Shown: positions 1 to 9,841, numbered from the stretch's first letter. The stretch is DNA of 64,000 nt from Roseitalea sp. (GCA_041752455.1 JBGSWL010000140.1:45423-109422); one strand, 5' to 3'. Made by a program: numbers and translations. The notes: a model not told the origin generated them from the sequence alone.

Positions 1-39
1 AGCACATCCGGGGCAAGACGGGGGAAGGGCATGAAATGA
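1..39 (+). CDS. 3' end of an upstream gene cut by the window edge (13 codons); possibly the ABC permease preceding the ATPase
   Basis: The frame is open from base 1 and ends at TGA 37-39, overlapping ATG 36-38 of the next gene (ATGA coupling). Too short to identify. Confidence 0.3.
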   Translation, partial: STSGARRGKGMK

Positions 40-1121
40 CCGATATCCAATTGCGCAATGTCGCCAAGGCTTACGGCGATGTGAAGGTCATCCACGGCAT
101 CGACCTGCATGTCAAAAGCGGGCAGTTCGTCGTTTTCGTCGGGCCTTCCGGCTGCGGCAAGTCCACGCTGCTGCGCATCATCGCGGGGCTTGAAAACGTC
201 ACCGGCGGCGAGGTCGTCATCGACGGCGATGTGGTCAACCGCATTCCCGCCTCCGAGCGCGGTCTTGCCATGGTGTTCCAGTCCTACGCGCTCTACCCGC
301 ATATGAGCGTTTACAAGAACATGGCTTTCGGGCTGGAAAACTCGCGCATGCCGCGCGTCGAGATCGACACCCGCGTGCGGCAAGCCGCCGAGATGCTGCA
401 GATCACGCCCTATCTGGACCGCAGGCCGAAGGCCTTGTCCGGCGGTCAGCGCCAGCGCGTGGCAATCGGCCGGGCCATCGTGCGCGATCCCAAGGCATTC
501 CTGTTCGACGAGCCGCTCTCCAACCTTGACGCGGAACTGCGCGTGACGATGCGCAAGGAACTGGCAGGACTTCACGCCAAGCTTGGTGGCACGATGATCT
601 ATGTGACGCATGACCAGGTCGAAGCGATGACGCTGGCCGATACCATCGTCGTGCTGCAAGGCGGACGCATCGAGCAGACCGGCTCGCCGCTCGAACTCTA
701 CAACAAGCCCGTCAACACGTTTGTCGCCGGGTTCATCGGCTCGCCGCGCATGAACCTTGTCGAAGGCCGGGTTGCAATCGATGGCGCGGGCACGTTCCTT
801 GTTGCCGGCGAAAACCGGATTGCCATTCCGGCGATGGCCGGGATTGCCGACGCCGACGCGGTGACGTTCGGCTTCCGGCCCGAGCATGTCCGTCTCGCCA
901 GCGCGGAGGATGCCGACATCGTCGCGCCGGTTGACCTGACTGAGCAACTCGGCGGGGAAACCTATGTGTTTTGTAAGCCTGCCGGCATGCCGCAATTGAC
1001 CGTCCACCAGATCGGCCAAGTGCCGGTCAAGCGCGGCGAACAGGTGCATCTGAAATTTGACCGGTCGGTGATGCATCTGTTTGATGCCAAAGGCCATGTC
1101 ATCGCCAATGGTCTTTCGTGA
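36..1121 (+). CDS. ABC transporter ATP-binding protein, sugar-type (MalK/UgpC-like)
   Basis: Walker A GPSGCGKST, signature LSGGQRQR, Walker B FLFDEPLS, and a C-terminal MalK-like regulatory domain. Confidence 0.9.
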   Translation: MTDIQLRNVAKAYGDVKVIHGIDLHVKSGQFVVFVGPSGCGKSTLLRIIAGLENVTGGEVVIDGDVVNRIPASERGLAMVFQSYALYPHMSVYKNMAFGLENSRMPRVEIDTRVRQAAEMLQITPYLDRRPKALSGGQRQRVAIGRAIVRDPKAFLFDEPLSNLDAELRVTMRKELAGLHAKLGGTMIYVTHDQVEAMTLADTIVVLQGGRIEQTGSPLELYNKPVNTFVAGFIGSPRMNLVEGRVAIDGAGTFLVAGENRIAIPAMAGIADADAVTFGFRPEHVRLASAEDADIVAPVDLTEQLGGETYVFCKPAGMPQLTVHQIGQVPVKRGEQVHLKFDRSVMHLFDAKGHVIANGLS

Positions 1122-2170
1122 TGGCCGACATGGACAGGCGGCCCGGATTTGCCGTGATCGGCACCGGTATGGCGGCAAAACCGCATGCGCTGGCGTTGAA
1201 ACAACTGGAAGACCGTGTTCGCGTCACCGGCGTCTACTCGCGCACGGCTGAAAAGCGCGAGGCGTTTGCGGCACGATACGGCTTCCCGGCATTTGACAGC
1301 CTTGATGCGATTGCCTCCGATCCGCACTCGCACGCCGTTCTGCTGATCACACCGCCGAACCAGCGGCACGACCTGGTCGAGCGGTTCGCCGCCGCGGGCA
1401 AGCACATCCTCATGGAAAAGCCGGTGGAGCGCACAACGGAAGCGGCGCTTCATCTGGTCGAAACATGCGAACGGGCGGGCGTCCGGCTTGGCATCGTCTT
1501 CCAGCACCGGTTCCGCGCCGCCTCGCAAAAGCTGGCGACGATGATTGCGGACGATGTTTTCGGCGCGCTGCATGTCGTCACCGTCACCGTGCCATGGTGG
1601 CGCGAGCAGGCCTATTACGATGAGCCGGGTCGCGGCACCTTTGCGCGCGATGGCGGCGGCGTCCTGATTTCGCAGGCGATCCACACACTCGACCTGATGC
1701 TGGCCTTGACCGGGCCGGTCGCCACGGTTCAGGCGATAGCCCGCACCACGGGTTACCACACCATGGAAGCCGAAGATTTCGTGGCCGCAGGGATGGTCTT
1801 TGCCAATGGCGCAGTCGGCAGCCTGATGGCCACCACCGCTGCTTTTCCCGGGGATGCGGAGGCCATCGTGCTCGGCTTTGCCAAAGCGTCGGTCCGCCTG
1901 CAGTCGGGAACGCTCACCGTTTCGTGGCGCGACGGCAGAACCGAGACATTCGGCGAAACCGCGACAACCGGCGGCGGTGCGGACCCGATGGCGTTTCCGT
2001 CCGACTGGCACCGCGACTTGATCGCCGACTTCATGGATGCGGTGGAAACAGGTCGCGAACCGGCTGTCACAGGGCGCACAGCGCTTGCGGTCCACCGGCT
2101 GATTGATGCACTCATCGCTTCGTCACAAAGCGGATCCAGAACCGACGTTCAGGCAGAACCCGGCCACTGA
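1121..2170 (+). CDS. Gfo/Idh/MocA family oxidoreductase
   Basis: N-terminal Rossmann FAVIGTGMAA and the EKP motif (LMEKPV). ATG 1121 overlaps the upstream TGA; GTG 1118 is an alternative start. Confidence 0.8.
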   Translation: MADMDRRPGFAVIGTGMAAKPHALALKQLEDRVRVTGVYSRTAEKREAFAARYGFPAFDSLDAIASDPHSHAVLLITPPNQRHDLVERFAAAGKHILMEKPVERTTEAALHLVETCERAGVRLGIVFQHRFRAASQKLATMIADDVFGALHVVTVTVPWWREQAYYDEPGRGTFARDGGGVLISQAIHTLDLMLALTGPVATVQAIARTTGYHTMEAEDFVAAGMVFANGAVGSLMATTAAFPGDAEAIVLGFAKASVRLQSGTLTVSWRDGRTETFGETATTGGGADPMAFPSDWHRDLIADFMDAVETGREPAVTGRTALAVHRLIDALIASSQSGSRTDVQAEPGH

Positions 2171-2191
2171 TTTTCAAGGAGCATGTTCACC

Positions 2192-3217
2192 ATGGCGGAA
2201 CTGACAGTTGGGGTGATCGGGGTCGATCATCGCCACATCTACGGGCAACTGGCCGGCATGCTCGGCGAGGGCGCGGTCTGCAAGGGCTGGTGGACCGAGG
2301 GCGACCCGGCGCCGGTGGAGGGCTTTGAAAAGCGCTTTCCCGATGTGCCGCGCGTTGCCGACCGGCGGACGCTTTTGGACGATCCGGAGATCGACCTGAT
2401 CCTGATGGCGGACATTCCGGCACGCCGGACCGAGCTTGCCATCGAGGCGATGCGCGCCGGCAAGGACATCATGACCGACAAGCCGGGCTGCACGACGCTG
2501 GAACAGCTGTCGGCCCTGAAAACCTGCGTCTCCGAAACAGGGCGGATCTGGTCGATCGATTTTTCCGAGCGTTTCGAGGTGCCGTCGGTACAGGTCGCGG
2601 CCGATCTGGTAGCTTCCGGTGCCATCGGCCGGGTCGTCCAGACCGTCGGCCTCGGGCCGCACCGGCTGAACCGTACGTCGCGGCCTGATTGGTTCTTCGA
2701 CGAAGCGAGCTATGGCGGCATCCTGTGCGATATCGCCTCGCACCAGATCGATCAGTTCCTGTTCTTCACGGGTTCCGATGATGCCGAGATCGCTGCGTCC
2801 AGCGTCGGCAATTTCGCCCATCCGGGCGATCCGGGCCTGCAGGACTTCGGCGACATCCTGCTGCGCTCCGACAAGGGGCAGGGCTATATCCGCGTCGATT
2901 GGTACACGCCCGACGCGCTGCCGACATGGGGTGACGGACGGCTGGTGATCCTTGGAACCGAAGGCACGATCGAACTGCGCAAATATGTCGATACTGCCGG
3001 CCGCGAAGGCACCGACCATGTCTTCCTCGTCAATGGTGAGCGCTACGAGCATATCGATGGTTCGAAGGAGCCGCTGTCCTATTTCGCGCGGCTGAAGGCC
3101 GATGTCCTGAACCGAACCGAAACCGCGATGAAGCAAAGCCACTGCTTCAAGGTGATGGAATTGGCGCTCAAGGCGCAGGCGCAGGCGGTCCGCCTTGGCG
3201 CTTTGGCTGGAGCGTGA
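2192..3217 (+). CDS. Gfo/Idh/MocA family oxidoreductase
   Basis: VGVIGVDHRH at the N-terminus and a TDKPG motif. AAGGAG at 2176-2181 favours ATG 2192 over ATG 2183. Confidence 0.75.
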   Translation: MAELTVGVIGVDHRHIYGQLAGMLGEGAVCKGWWTEGDPAPVEGFEKRFPDVPRVADRRTLLDDPEIDLILMADIPARRTELAIEAMRAGKDIMTDKPGCTTLEQLSALKTCVSETGRIWSIDFSERFEVPSVQVAADLVASGAIGRVVQTVGLGPHRLNRTSRPDWFFDEASYGGILCDIASHQIDQFLFFTGSDDAEIAASSVGNFAHPGDPGLQDFGDILLRSDKGQGYIRVDWYTPDALPTWGDGRLVILGTEGTIELRKYVDTAGREGTDHVFLVNGERYEHIDGSKEPLSYFARLKADVLNRTETAMKQSHCFKVMELALKAQAQAVRLGALAGA

Positions 3218-3221
3218 CGGA

Positions 3222-4304
3222 ATGACGCTGAATGTCGCGATCATCGGCGCCGGAATCGGTAGCCAGCATCTGGACGGCTACCTGCAACTGCCGGCGCACT
3301 ACCGCGTCGCGGTGATCTGCGATCTGGCCGAGGACAAGGCGGCGGCGCTGGCAGCGCGGGCGCCGGATGCCGTTGCGATGACCGATCTTTCCGCCGTGCT
3401 GGCCGATCCTTCGATCGACATCATCGACATCTGCCTGCCGCCGCATCTGCACGGCCCGGTCGCCCTGCAGGCCTTTGCAGCGGGCAAACATGTCATCTGC
3501 GAGAAACCGCTGGCGGGCAGCGTCATCGAAGCAGATGCGATGGCGGGGGCGGCGCTGGCCGCAGGGCGCCTTCTGGCGCCGATCTTCCAGTACCGCTACG
3601 GCCGTGGCCTTCGGCAACTTGCGGCAATGGTCGATGGGGGCATTGCCGGAAAGCCGATGGTTGCGACCATCGAGACGCACTGGAACCGCGATGCGGCCTA
3701 TTATGCGGTGCCGTGGCGCGGCAAATGGGCAAGCGAACGGGGCGGCGCCGTGCTTGGCCACGCGATCCATGCCCATGATCTGGTGACGCGGTTTTTGGGA
3801 CCGGCAACGCAGGTGATGGCGATGGCTGACACCCGCGTCAACGCCATCGAGGTCGAGGATTGTGCGGCGGTGTCCATGCGGATGGCGTCGGGTGCGCTGG
3901 TGACATCGTCGATCACGCTTGGCGCTGCGAACGACACGTCGCGCTTCCGCTTTGTTTTCGAGAACCTGACGGCTGAAAGCGGGCGCAAGCCCTATGCGCC
4001 GGGCGAGGACGCCTGGACCTTCACGGCGCGCGCTCCGTTGGCGCAGGCGACGCTCGATGCGGCGCTAGCTGAAGCCGAAACCGCCATTGCCGGTGCGCCA
4101 TCCGGTTATGCCGGCCAGTTCCTGGCGGTGGCCGAGCATCTGGCAGAGCGGCCTGCCGATCTCGTGACGGCGCAGGACGGCGTCCGTTCGCTGGAGTTTG
4201 TCGCGGCGATCTATTTGTCATCGCGCGAAGCACGCGCGGTCGATCTGCCGATGGCGCGCGACCATGCGATTTGCCGGGACTGGGTTCCGGCCCGACAGGA
4301 GTAG
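3222..4304 (+). CDS. Gfo/Idh/MocA family oxidoreductase
   Basis: NVAIIGAGIG Rossmann fold and a CEKPL motif. The ORF-track start at 3195 is TTG; the first ATG is at 3222. Confidence 0.8.
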   Translation: MTLNVAIIGAGIGSQHLDGYLQLPAHYRVAVICDLAEDKAAALAARAPDAVAMTDLSAVLADPSIDIIDICLPPHLHGPVALQAFAAGKHVICEKPLAGSVIEADAMAGAALAAGRLLAPIFQYRYGRGLRQLAAMVDGGIAGKPMVATIETHWNRDAAYYAVPWRGKWASERGGAVLGHAIHAHDLVTRFLGPATQVMAMADTRVNAIEVEDCAAVSMRMASGALVTSSITLGAANDTSRFRFVFENLTAESGRKPYAPGEDAWTFTARAPLAQATLDAALAEAETAIAGAPSGYAGQFLAVAEHLAERPADLVTAQDGVRSLEFVAAIYLSSREARAVDLPMARDHAICRDWVPARQE

Positions 4305-4308
4305 TTCG

Positions 4309-5106
4309 ATGCAATTTGCCAGCTTGAACGGGGTCGTGCTGCACTATCAGGTCGTGGCTGCCCCCAACGATCGCCCGACCATCGTGTTTGCCAATTCGCT
4401 TGGCACCGATTTTCGCATCTGGCGCGATGTGATCATCCGGCTCGTCGGCGAGGCGGGTTTCGTCATGTACGACAAGCGCGGCCACGGGCTCTCCACCACC
4501 GGTCCGACGCCTTACGCCATCGACGACCATATCGGCGATCTGGAAGCGCTGCTCGATCACCTCGGCGTGACGAAAGCCATCATCTGCGGCCTATCGGTCG
4601 GCGGCATGATTGCCATGGGACTAGCGTCCAAGCGGCGCGATCTCGTCAAGGCCCTCATCCTTTGCGACACCGCGCCGAAGATCGGCACGGCAGCGATCTG
4701 GAATGATCGCATCGCGGCCATCGAGGCAAACGGGATCGCCTCGGTCTCGGACATGATCCTCGAGCGCTGGTTCACCAAGGAATTCCGCAGTCCGGGCAGC
4801 GCCGAACTGGATGGCTACCGGATGATGCTGAACCGGCAGGATCCGGCCGGCTATGTATCGACCTGCGCAGCGATCCGCGATGCAGACCTTACCGAAAAGG
4901 CACGCGCGCTGAAACTGCCGGTTGCCTGCATTGTCGGGGCGGAAGACGGCTCGACACCGCCGTCGCTGGTGGCCGAGATGGCACGCACGATCCCCGGCGC
5001 GCTCTATGATGTGATCCCCGCCTGCGGGCATATTCCATGCGTGGAAAGGCCGGTCGAACTTACCGACATCATTCGCGGGTTCATCGGCGGGCTGGACGCG
5101 GCGTGA
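4309..5106 (+). CDS. pcaD: 3-oxoadipate enol-lactonase (alpha/beta hydrolase)
   Basis: Typical PcaD N-terminus (MQFASLNGVVLHYQ...FANSLGTDFRIW), nucleophile elbow GLSVGG and a C-terminal GHIPCVE. The start was set at an internal ATG of ORF 4198..5106. Confidence 0.8.
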   Translation: MQFASLNGVVLHYQVVAAPNDRPTIVFANSLGTDFRIWRDVIIRLVGEAGFVMYDKRGHGLSTTGPTPYAIDDHIGDLEALLDHLGVTKAIICGLSVGGMIAMGLASKRRDLVKALILCDTAPKIGTAAIWNDRIAAIEANGIASVSDMILERWFTKEFRSPGSAELDGYRMMLNRQDPAGYVSTCAAIRDADLTEKARALKLPVACIVGAEDGSTPPSLVAEMARTIPGALYDVIPACGHIPCVERPVELTDIIRGFIGGLDAA

Positions 5107-5203
5107 CAGGCGCGCCTGCGCCCGGAATTGACGGGGCGGCTCTGCACCGCTATGCCGGACCGGGTTCCAGTTGCAAATGCAACGCAACAAGGCGAGGCCG
5201 ACC

Positions 5204-5638
5204 ATGGATCAGGCAAGCGCCATGACCGCGGAAGACATGACCGAGGCGCTGCGTGCCGAGGGCATCCGCATCACGCGCCAGCGCACCGCCATCCTGCAGA
5301 CGCTTGCCGAATCGGCCGACCATCCGGATGCCAACGAGGTGTTTCGGCGCGCCAGTGCCATCGAGCCGTCGGTCTCGCTCTCGACAGTCTACCGGACGCT
5401 GAATGTTCTGGAAAAGCGCGGTGTCGTGCTGCGGCTTTCGTTTGAGGGTGCACCGTCGCGGTTTGAAACCGCCGATACCCCGCACCATGATCACATGATC
5501 GACCTCGACACCGGCGATGTGATCGAGTTCCAGTCCGACAAGATCGAAAAGCTGCAGGCGGAGATCGCTCGCGAACTGGGCTATGATCTGGTATTCCACA
5601 AGCTGGAACTCTACGGCACGCGCCAGCGCAAGGGTTGA
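5204..5638 (+). CDS. Fur family transcriptional regulator (Irr-like; lacks the CxxC pairs)
   Basis: Winged helix (RITRQRTAIL...STVYRTLNVLEKRG) and HHDH motif, with no Cys pairs. The start among several in-frame ATGs is uncertain; a GGCGAGG SD lies before 5204. Confidence 0.75.
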   Translation: MDQASAMTAEDMTEALRAEGIRITRQRTAILQTLAESADHPDANEVFRRASAIEPSVSLSTVYRTLNVLEKRGVVLRLSFEGAPSRFETADTPHHDHMIDLDTGDVIEFQSDKIEKLQAEIARELGYDLVFHKLELYGTRQRKG

Positions 5639-5653
5639 AACGGCGGGCCGGGT

Positions 5654-6760
5654 CTACTCGGCGGCCTTGAGCACCGGATCGGCTTGCTGAGGCTGAAGCT
5701 GCGGCTTCGTCTGGCTGCCGCGATCCACCAGCCAGTCGGTGACACCTGCTGAAAACCAGATGGCAAAGAGCGTGACCCAGGCGGTCATCGCAAACACGCT
5801 GGCACCCGTGACACCGGCCCCGACAGCACAGCCCCCGGCAAGCATGCCGCCAAAGCCCATCAGCGCCGCGCCAGCCAGATAGCGCTTCATCGAATCGCCG
5901 CCTTCAAATCCCTGCAGTTCCAGCTGCCCGGTCAGCCAGGCGGCAAGGAACGAACCGGCAAATACGCCGGGAACGAGCCCGACATCGAAATCGATCATCG
6001 AGCCCGGTGGCATCAGGAACAGCATCAGCGTGTCGGCGCTTGGCCCCGTGAACGTGATCGCTTCCAGTTGCACCGGCTCGAATGCCACGCCCGACATCGT
6101 GCTGGTGAACCACCAGGCCGCAGGAATGGTGATGCCGACAAATGTTGCGGCGACGGTCGTCCAGAGACCGAGCGAGCGATAGGCTGCGACTGCAAAGGCG
6201 AGCGTAAGCGCAAGCGCCGCAATCATCAGCGCCGCGCCGCTGCCAAGGCCGGTGAATGTCAGAAGATCATTGCCGCCAATGGCGTTGGTCGTGGAAATCT
6301 GCGCGATTGCATCGCGCGCCGGCGACAGAAAACCGCGAAGGCTCGCCTGCGCAACGACGGCAAAGACAAGCCCGGACAGCAGGGCACGCAGGTTGCCGGT
6401 GGCCGACAGGACGAGAAGACGGCTGGCGCAGCCGCGGGCCAGAACCATGCCGGTGCCAAACATCAGGCCGCCGACCAGGGCGCCGGACAGGCTCTGCGGC
6501 GAAGCGATCTGGCGGGCTTCACCGGTATCGACCAGTCCCGACCATGAGAGAAATTGGGTTCCGGCGACAGCAGCCGTGAAAACCAGAAGCCAGGTGGCGG
6601 TCTTTGTGCCGATGGAACCGCGGGAAAATTCGACCGATGCAGCGCGCAGGCAAAACTTGCTCTGCTGGGCAAAGGCACCGAACGCGGCACCGATCAGCGC
6701 GCCGCCGATCAGCAGCACCCAGTTTTCACCCAAGCTGTCAGTCAGTGAAAGCAGATCCAT
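5654..6760 (-). CDS. YeeE/YedE family sulfur-compound transporter (SoxT-like)
   Basis: Polytopic membrane protein with two halves carrying conserved FC...A and GGCAVGAG-type motifs. Start set at the internal ATG (MDLLSLTD). Confidence 0.8.
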   Translation of the reverse strand: MDLLSLTDSLGENWVLLIGGALIGAAFGAFAQQSKFCLRAASVEFSRGSIGTKTATWLLVFTAAVAGTQFLSWSGLVDTGEARQIASPQSLSGALVGGLMFGTGMVLARGCASRLLVLSATGNLRALLSGLVFAVVAQASLRGFLSPARDAIAQISTTNAIGGNDLLTFTGLGSGAALMIAALALTLAFAVAAYRSLGLWTTVAATFVGITIPAAWWFTSTMSGVAFEPVQLEAITFTGPSADTLMLFLMPPGSMIDFDVGLVPGVFAGSFLAAWLTGQLELQGFEGGDSMKRYLAGAALMGFGGMLAGGCAVGAGVTGASVFAMTAWVTLFAIWFSAGVTDWLVDRGSQTKPQLQPQQADPVLKAAE

Positions 6761-6853
6761 CACACACTGATTGCATGTGACCGTCAATGTGACGTTGACC
6801 TCGATCAACGAGCGGAGGATACATGCAATAAACACGATGTCTGGGAGGACGCC

Positions 6854-7780
6854 ATGAACAATCCGCTTCGGCCTGATCGCCGCCAGTTTGCCGCTGCCCT
6901 TGGTGCTTGTGCGATGCTGCCGTTTTTGCCGCGCCTCTCAACGAGCGCCAGTGCCAAGGCGGTGGGTGACTATGAACTGACTGTGCTTTCCGACGGGGCG
7001 CTGACACTGCCGCTGGATTTCCTCTATCCGGACGTGCCGCGCGATGCGCTGGATGCCATCCTGAATGCCTCGGGCCAGCCGACCGACATGTTGAGACCGG
7101 ACTGCAACGTCACGCTGCTGCGCAGTGCCGATCGCGTGGTGCTGTTTGATGTCGGGGCCGGTGGCAATTTCATGCCGACGGCAGGCCGTCTGCCGCAGAG
7201 CCTGGCCGATGCCGGTGTCGACCCGGCCGAGGTGACCGACGTGATCTTCACCCATGCGCACCCGGATCATCTCTGGGGCCTGCTGGATGAGTTCGACGAG
7301 ATCCTGTTTGCAGATGCGGCGTTCCATATCAACCAGACCGAGTGGGACTATTGGCGCGCCGACGGTACGCTCGAAGCAATGCCAGAGGAGCGCAAGAGCT
7401 TTGTCGTCGGCGCGCAAAGCCGACTGGCGGCGCTCGAAGACCGGATTACGTTCTTCAAGGCCGGTGACGAAGTGGTTTCGGGCGTCGAGGCAGTGGATAC
7501 GGCGGGTCACACGCCGGGCCATACATCGTTTGCCGTTCATGGCGGAGCGTCGCCGCTGATGATCCTTGGCGATGCCATCAGCAATTTTGCGATCTCGTTT
7601 GAAAAGCCCGATTGGCCGACCGGTTCCGATCATGATCCGGTCACCGGGGCCGCTGCGAGGGTCAAGTTGCTCGATCGCCTCGTCACCGACGGGATGGAGA
7701 TTGTCGGCTATCATCTGCCGCATCCGGCAACGGGCCGGGTCGAGCGTGCGGGAACGGCCTACCGTTTCGTGCCGGCCTGA
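6854..7780 (+). CDS. Periplasmic MBL-fold metallo-hydrolase (SoxG/SoxH-like)
   Basis: Tat-like signal (RRQFAAALGACAM...ASA) and the HAHPDH metal motif. It lies between two YeeE genes next to soxR. Confidence 0.75.
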   Translation: MNNPLRPDRRQFAAALGACAMLPFLPRLSTSASAKAVGDYELTVLSDGALTLPLDFLYPDVPRDALDAILNASGQPTDMLRPDCNVTLLRSADRVVLFDVGAGGNFMPTAGRLPQSLADAGVDPAEVTDVIFTHAHPDHLWGLLDEFDEILFADAAFHINQTEWDYWRADGTLEAMPEERKSFVVGAQSRLAALEDRITFFKAGDEVVSGVEAVDTAGHTPGHTSFAVHGGASPLMILGDAISNFAISFEKPDWPTGSDHDPVTGAAARVKLLDRLVTDGMEIVGYHLPHPATGRVERAGTAYRFVPA

Positions 7781-7788
7781 CTGTGACC

Positions 7789-8874
7789 CTATTCGGCGGG
7801 CTCTGCCCTGTTGCGGGACCGCAGGAATGCAAACGGCTCGCCTTCGATGAGCAGGGCCAGACCGATCCTTGCGCCAATCGCAATCGAGACCATGGCGAGC
7901 GGGACCGAAAGCGCCAGAACCGAAGCGGCTGAAACGCCCTGGCCGATCGTGCAGCCGAGGGCGAAGACGCCGCCGGTTCCCATCAGGAACGCGCCGAGCA
8001 GGTGACGGCTGAGCTCACGGGCATCGTCGCAGGCCTCCCACCGCATGTCATCGGCCCGCCAGGCGGCAATGGCCGCACCCAGAAAGACGCCACCGACAAG
8101 CCCGATGCCATAGTCGGGGAGCACACCGGTTACGGTGATGATCTGGAGTATGGCGTCGCCGACCGGCATGACAAATGACCCGGCCTCGACCTGGACGATC
8201 GAAAACAGCGACTGGCTGGCCAGCGTCGTGATCACCCAGCCTGCCGTGATGCAAAGCCCGATCACGATACCGACGGACCACTTGCCGCGGTCGGCCCGAA
8301 ACGCTGCGTCACGCAAGACCCACCACAGGCCGGCAGCAGCAATCAACGCGGCTGCTAGTAGGGCACCATGCCCGGCGAAAAGCGATCCGGCATGAGCAAA
8401 CCCGTTATCGGTCAGATCGAGCGAAAGCGGTTCGATCAGCGCCTCGCGAAACTGGCCGACCAGCCCCCGTTGTGCAGACAGTGCTGCGAGGCCGATGCCG
8501 GTCAATACGACAAGGGCGCGCAGGTTGCCGCCGCCAAGACGCACCACGGCACCAAAGCCGCAGGTGCCGACCAAGGCCATGCCGAACCCGAACATCAGTC
8601 CGCCGATGATCGTCCCGGCGACCGGGACCGGCTCACTGAGATAAAAACTCGAACCTGTATCGATGAAGCCGGCGATTGCGAGGACTTGCGTTGCGACAAG
8701 GGCAACGAGTGCCGCCAGTACCCATGCGCGAAGCCCGCGCGAATCGGCGGCGTACCAGTGTCGTTCAAGCGCAGACATGGTGCAGAAATGGTGGCGGCGG
8801 GCTTCATGCCCCATCAGGGTCCCAACCGCCATTCCAGCCGCCGGCACAAGCCAGCCACTTTCCAATCCGAACAT
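7789..8874 (-). CDS. YeeE/YedE family sulfur-compound transporter (SoxT-like), second copy
   Basis: Polytopic protein with FCTMSA and GCTIGQG motifs. GGGAGGAG SD precedes the internal ATG (MFGLESGW). It is downstream of soxR on the same strand. Confidence 0.8.
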   Translation of the reverse strand: MFGLESGWLVPAAGMAVGTLMGHEARRHHFCTMSALERHWYAADSRGLRAWVLAALVALVATQVLAIAGFIDTGSSFYLSEPVPVAGTIIGGLMFGFGMALVGTCGFGAVVRLGGGNLRALVVLTGIGLAALSAQRGLVGQFREALIEPLSLDLTDNGFAHAGSLFAGHGALLAAALIAAAGLWWVLRDAAFRADRGKWSVGIVIGLCITAGWVITTLASQSLFSIVQVEAGSFVMPVGDAILQIITVTGVLPDYGIGLVGGVFLGAAIAAWRADDMRWEACDDARELSRHLLGAFLMGTGGVFALGCTIGQGVSAASVLALSVPLAMVSIAIGARIGLALLIEGEPFAFLRSRNRAEPAE

Positions 8875-8950
8875 CGCCGTCTCCTCCCGCTCCTGTGTCG
8901 AAGCTTGGGATAAGCGTGTCCCCTCGGAACCCGTTTGACAATAGGTTAAG

Positions 8951-9307
8951 TCAGGCGCGATCTGCGCCTTCACGGACAGGGCGGCAAAACACGTCATACA
9001 AAGTGGCAACGACCGACGAGACATCCTCGCCGGAGACGCTGTAATAGATCATCCGGCCGTCGCGTCGTGTCTTGACGAGGCCATCGAGGCGAAGGCGCGC
9101 CAGTTGCTGGGAAACCGCCGCCTGCGGCAGGTCGAGCACGTTTTCGAGTTCCGAGACCGATTTCTCGCCTTCAGCAAGAATGCACAGGATCAGCAGCCGC
9201 GTCTCATGAGACAGCGCCTTCAGAAGGTCACTGGCTTTGCGGGCCTGTTCGTAAAGGACCTTTACGTCGGCTTCATCCATATCAGGCGTGTAGGCGGGGA
9301 GTGGCAT
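8951..9307 (-). CDS. soxR: ArsR/SmtB family repressor (SoxR)
   Basis: ArsR-type wHTH (LKALSHETRLLILCIL...SVSELE...AVSQQLARL), positioned between soxS and soxT. Confidence 0.85.
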   Translation of the reverse strand: MPLPAYTPDMDEADVKVLYEQARKASDLLKALSHETRLLILCILAEGEKSVSELENVLDLPQAAVSQQLARLRLDGLVKTRRDGRMIYYSVSGEDVSSVVATLYDVFCRPVREGADRA

Positions 9308-9369
9308 CGGAGGCTCTGCTCAATCCGTTGTGTTGAAAATGGTACCGCGTTCGATACGCATTTGCACGA

Positions 9370-9741
9370 TCATTGGATGACCTGCTGCTTTGCGGGCAGT
9401 TTTGCAATCATTTCGCCGAGCAAGAACCAGAAAAATTCGTCGCCGGCATAGCCGCGCATCCGCCCGATCTCCTTGCCGTCGTCGACGAGCACAAAAGTCG
9501 GCGTGAAGCGCTCCGGCTGGATGAAGGCCAGATCGTCGGGCATAGGCTTGTGAATGTCTACCGGGCGCAACGGCGCAGCCTGTCCCTCTGGCGTCTTGGA
9601 ATAAATCGGACCGATCTCCTTGTGCCAGCGGATACACCAGGCACAGCCTGCCTGTTCAAGCATCACAAGTTCCGCTGCGCGCGCAGGGGCGCCGGCCAAC
9701 AGGGTCAGGAGGATAGACGCGGCAATGATCGTCTTGCGCAT
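9370..9741 (-). CDS. soxS: Periplasmic thioredoxin-like protein SoxS
   Basis: Signal peptide followed by a CAWC redox motif, divergent from soxV. Start at the internal ATG (MRKTII). Confidence 0.8.
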   Translation of the reverse strand: MRKTIIAASILLTLLAGAPARAAELVMLEQAGCAWCIRWHKEIGPIYSKTPEGQAAPLRPVDIHKPMPDDLAFIQPERFTPTFVLVDDGKEIGRMRGYAGDEFFWFLLGEMIAKLPAKQQVIQ

Positions 9742-9772
9742 GGCGGTCGGCCTTTTCGGTCTTGCGGCGCCC

Positions 9773-9803
9773 AATATATAGTTTATTCTGCATATTTGAA
9801 ATG
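9773..9803. promoter_or_regulatory. AT-rich island in the soxS-soxV divergent intergenic region; candidate SoxR operator and divergent promoters
   Basis: AATATATAGTTTATTCTGCATATTTGAAATG. It contains CATATTTG (9791-9798) and the small palindrome GCAT-N7-ATGC. Confidence 0.4.
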
Positions 9804-9841
9804 CCTGTCGGCGTTTTTTGCGCTTTGGGAGGAGCGGCTGC

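Noticed and set aside
962-2095. A 377-aa minus-strand ORF opposite the first Gfo/Idh/MocA gene.
   Set aside because: Antisense artefact; the plus-strand frame has the Rossmann and EKP motifs.
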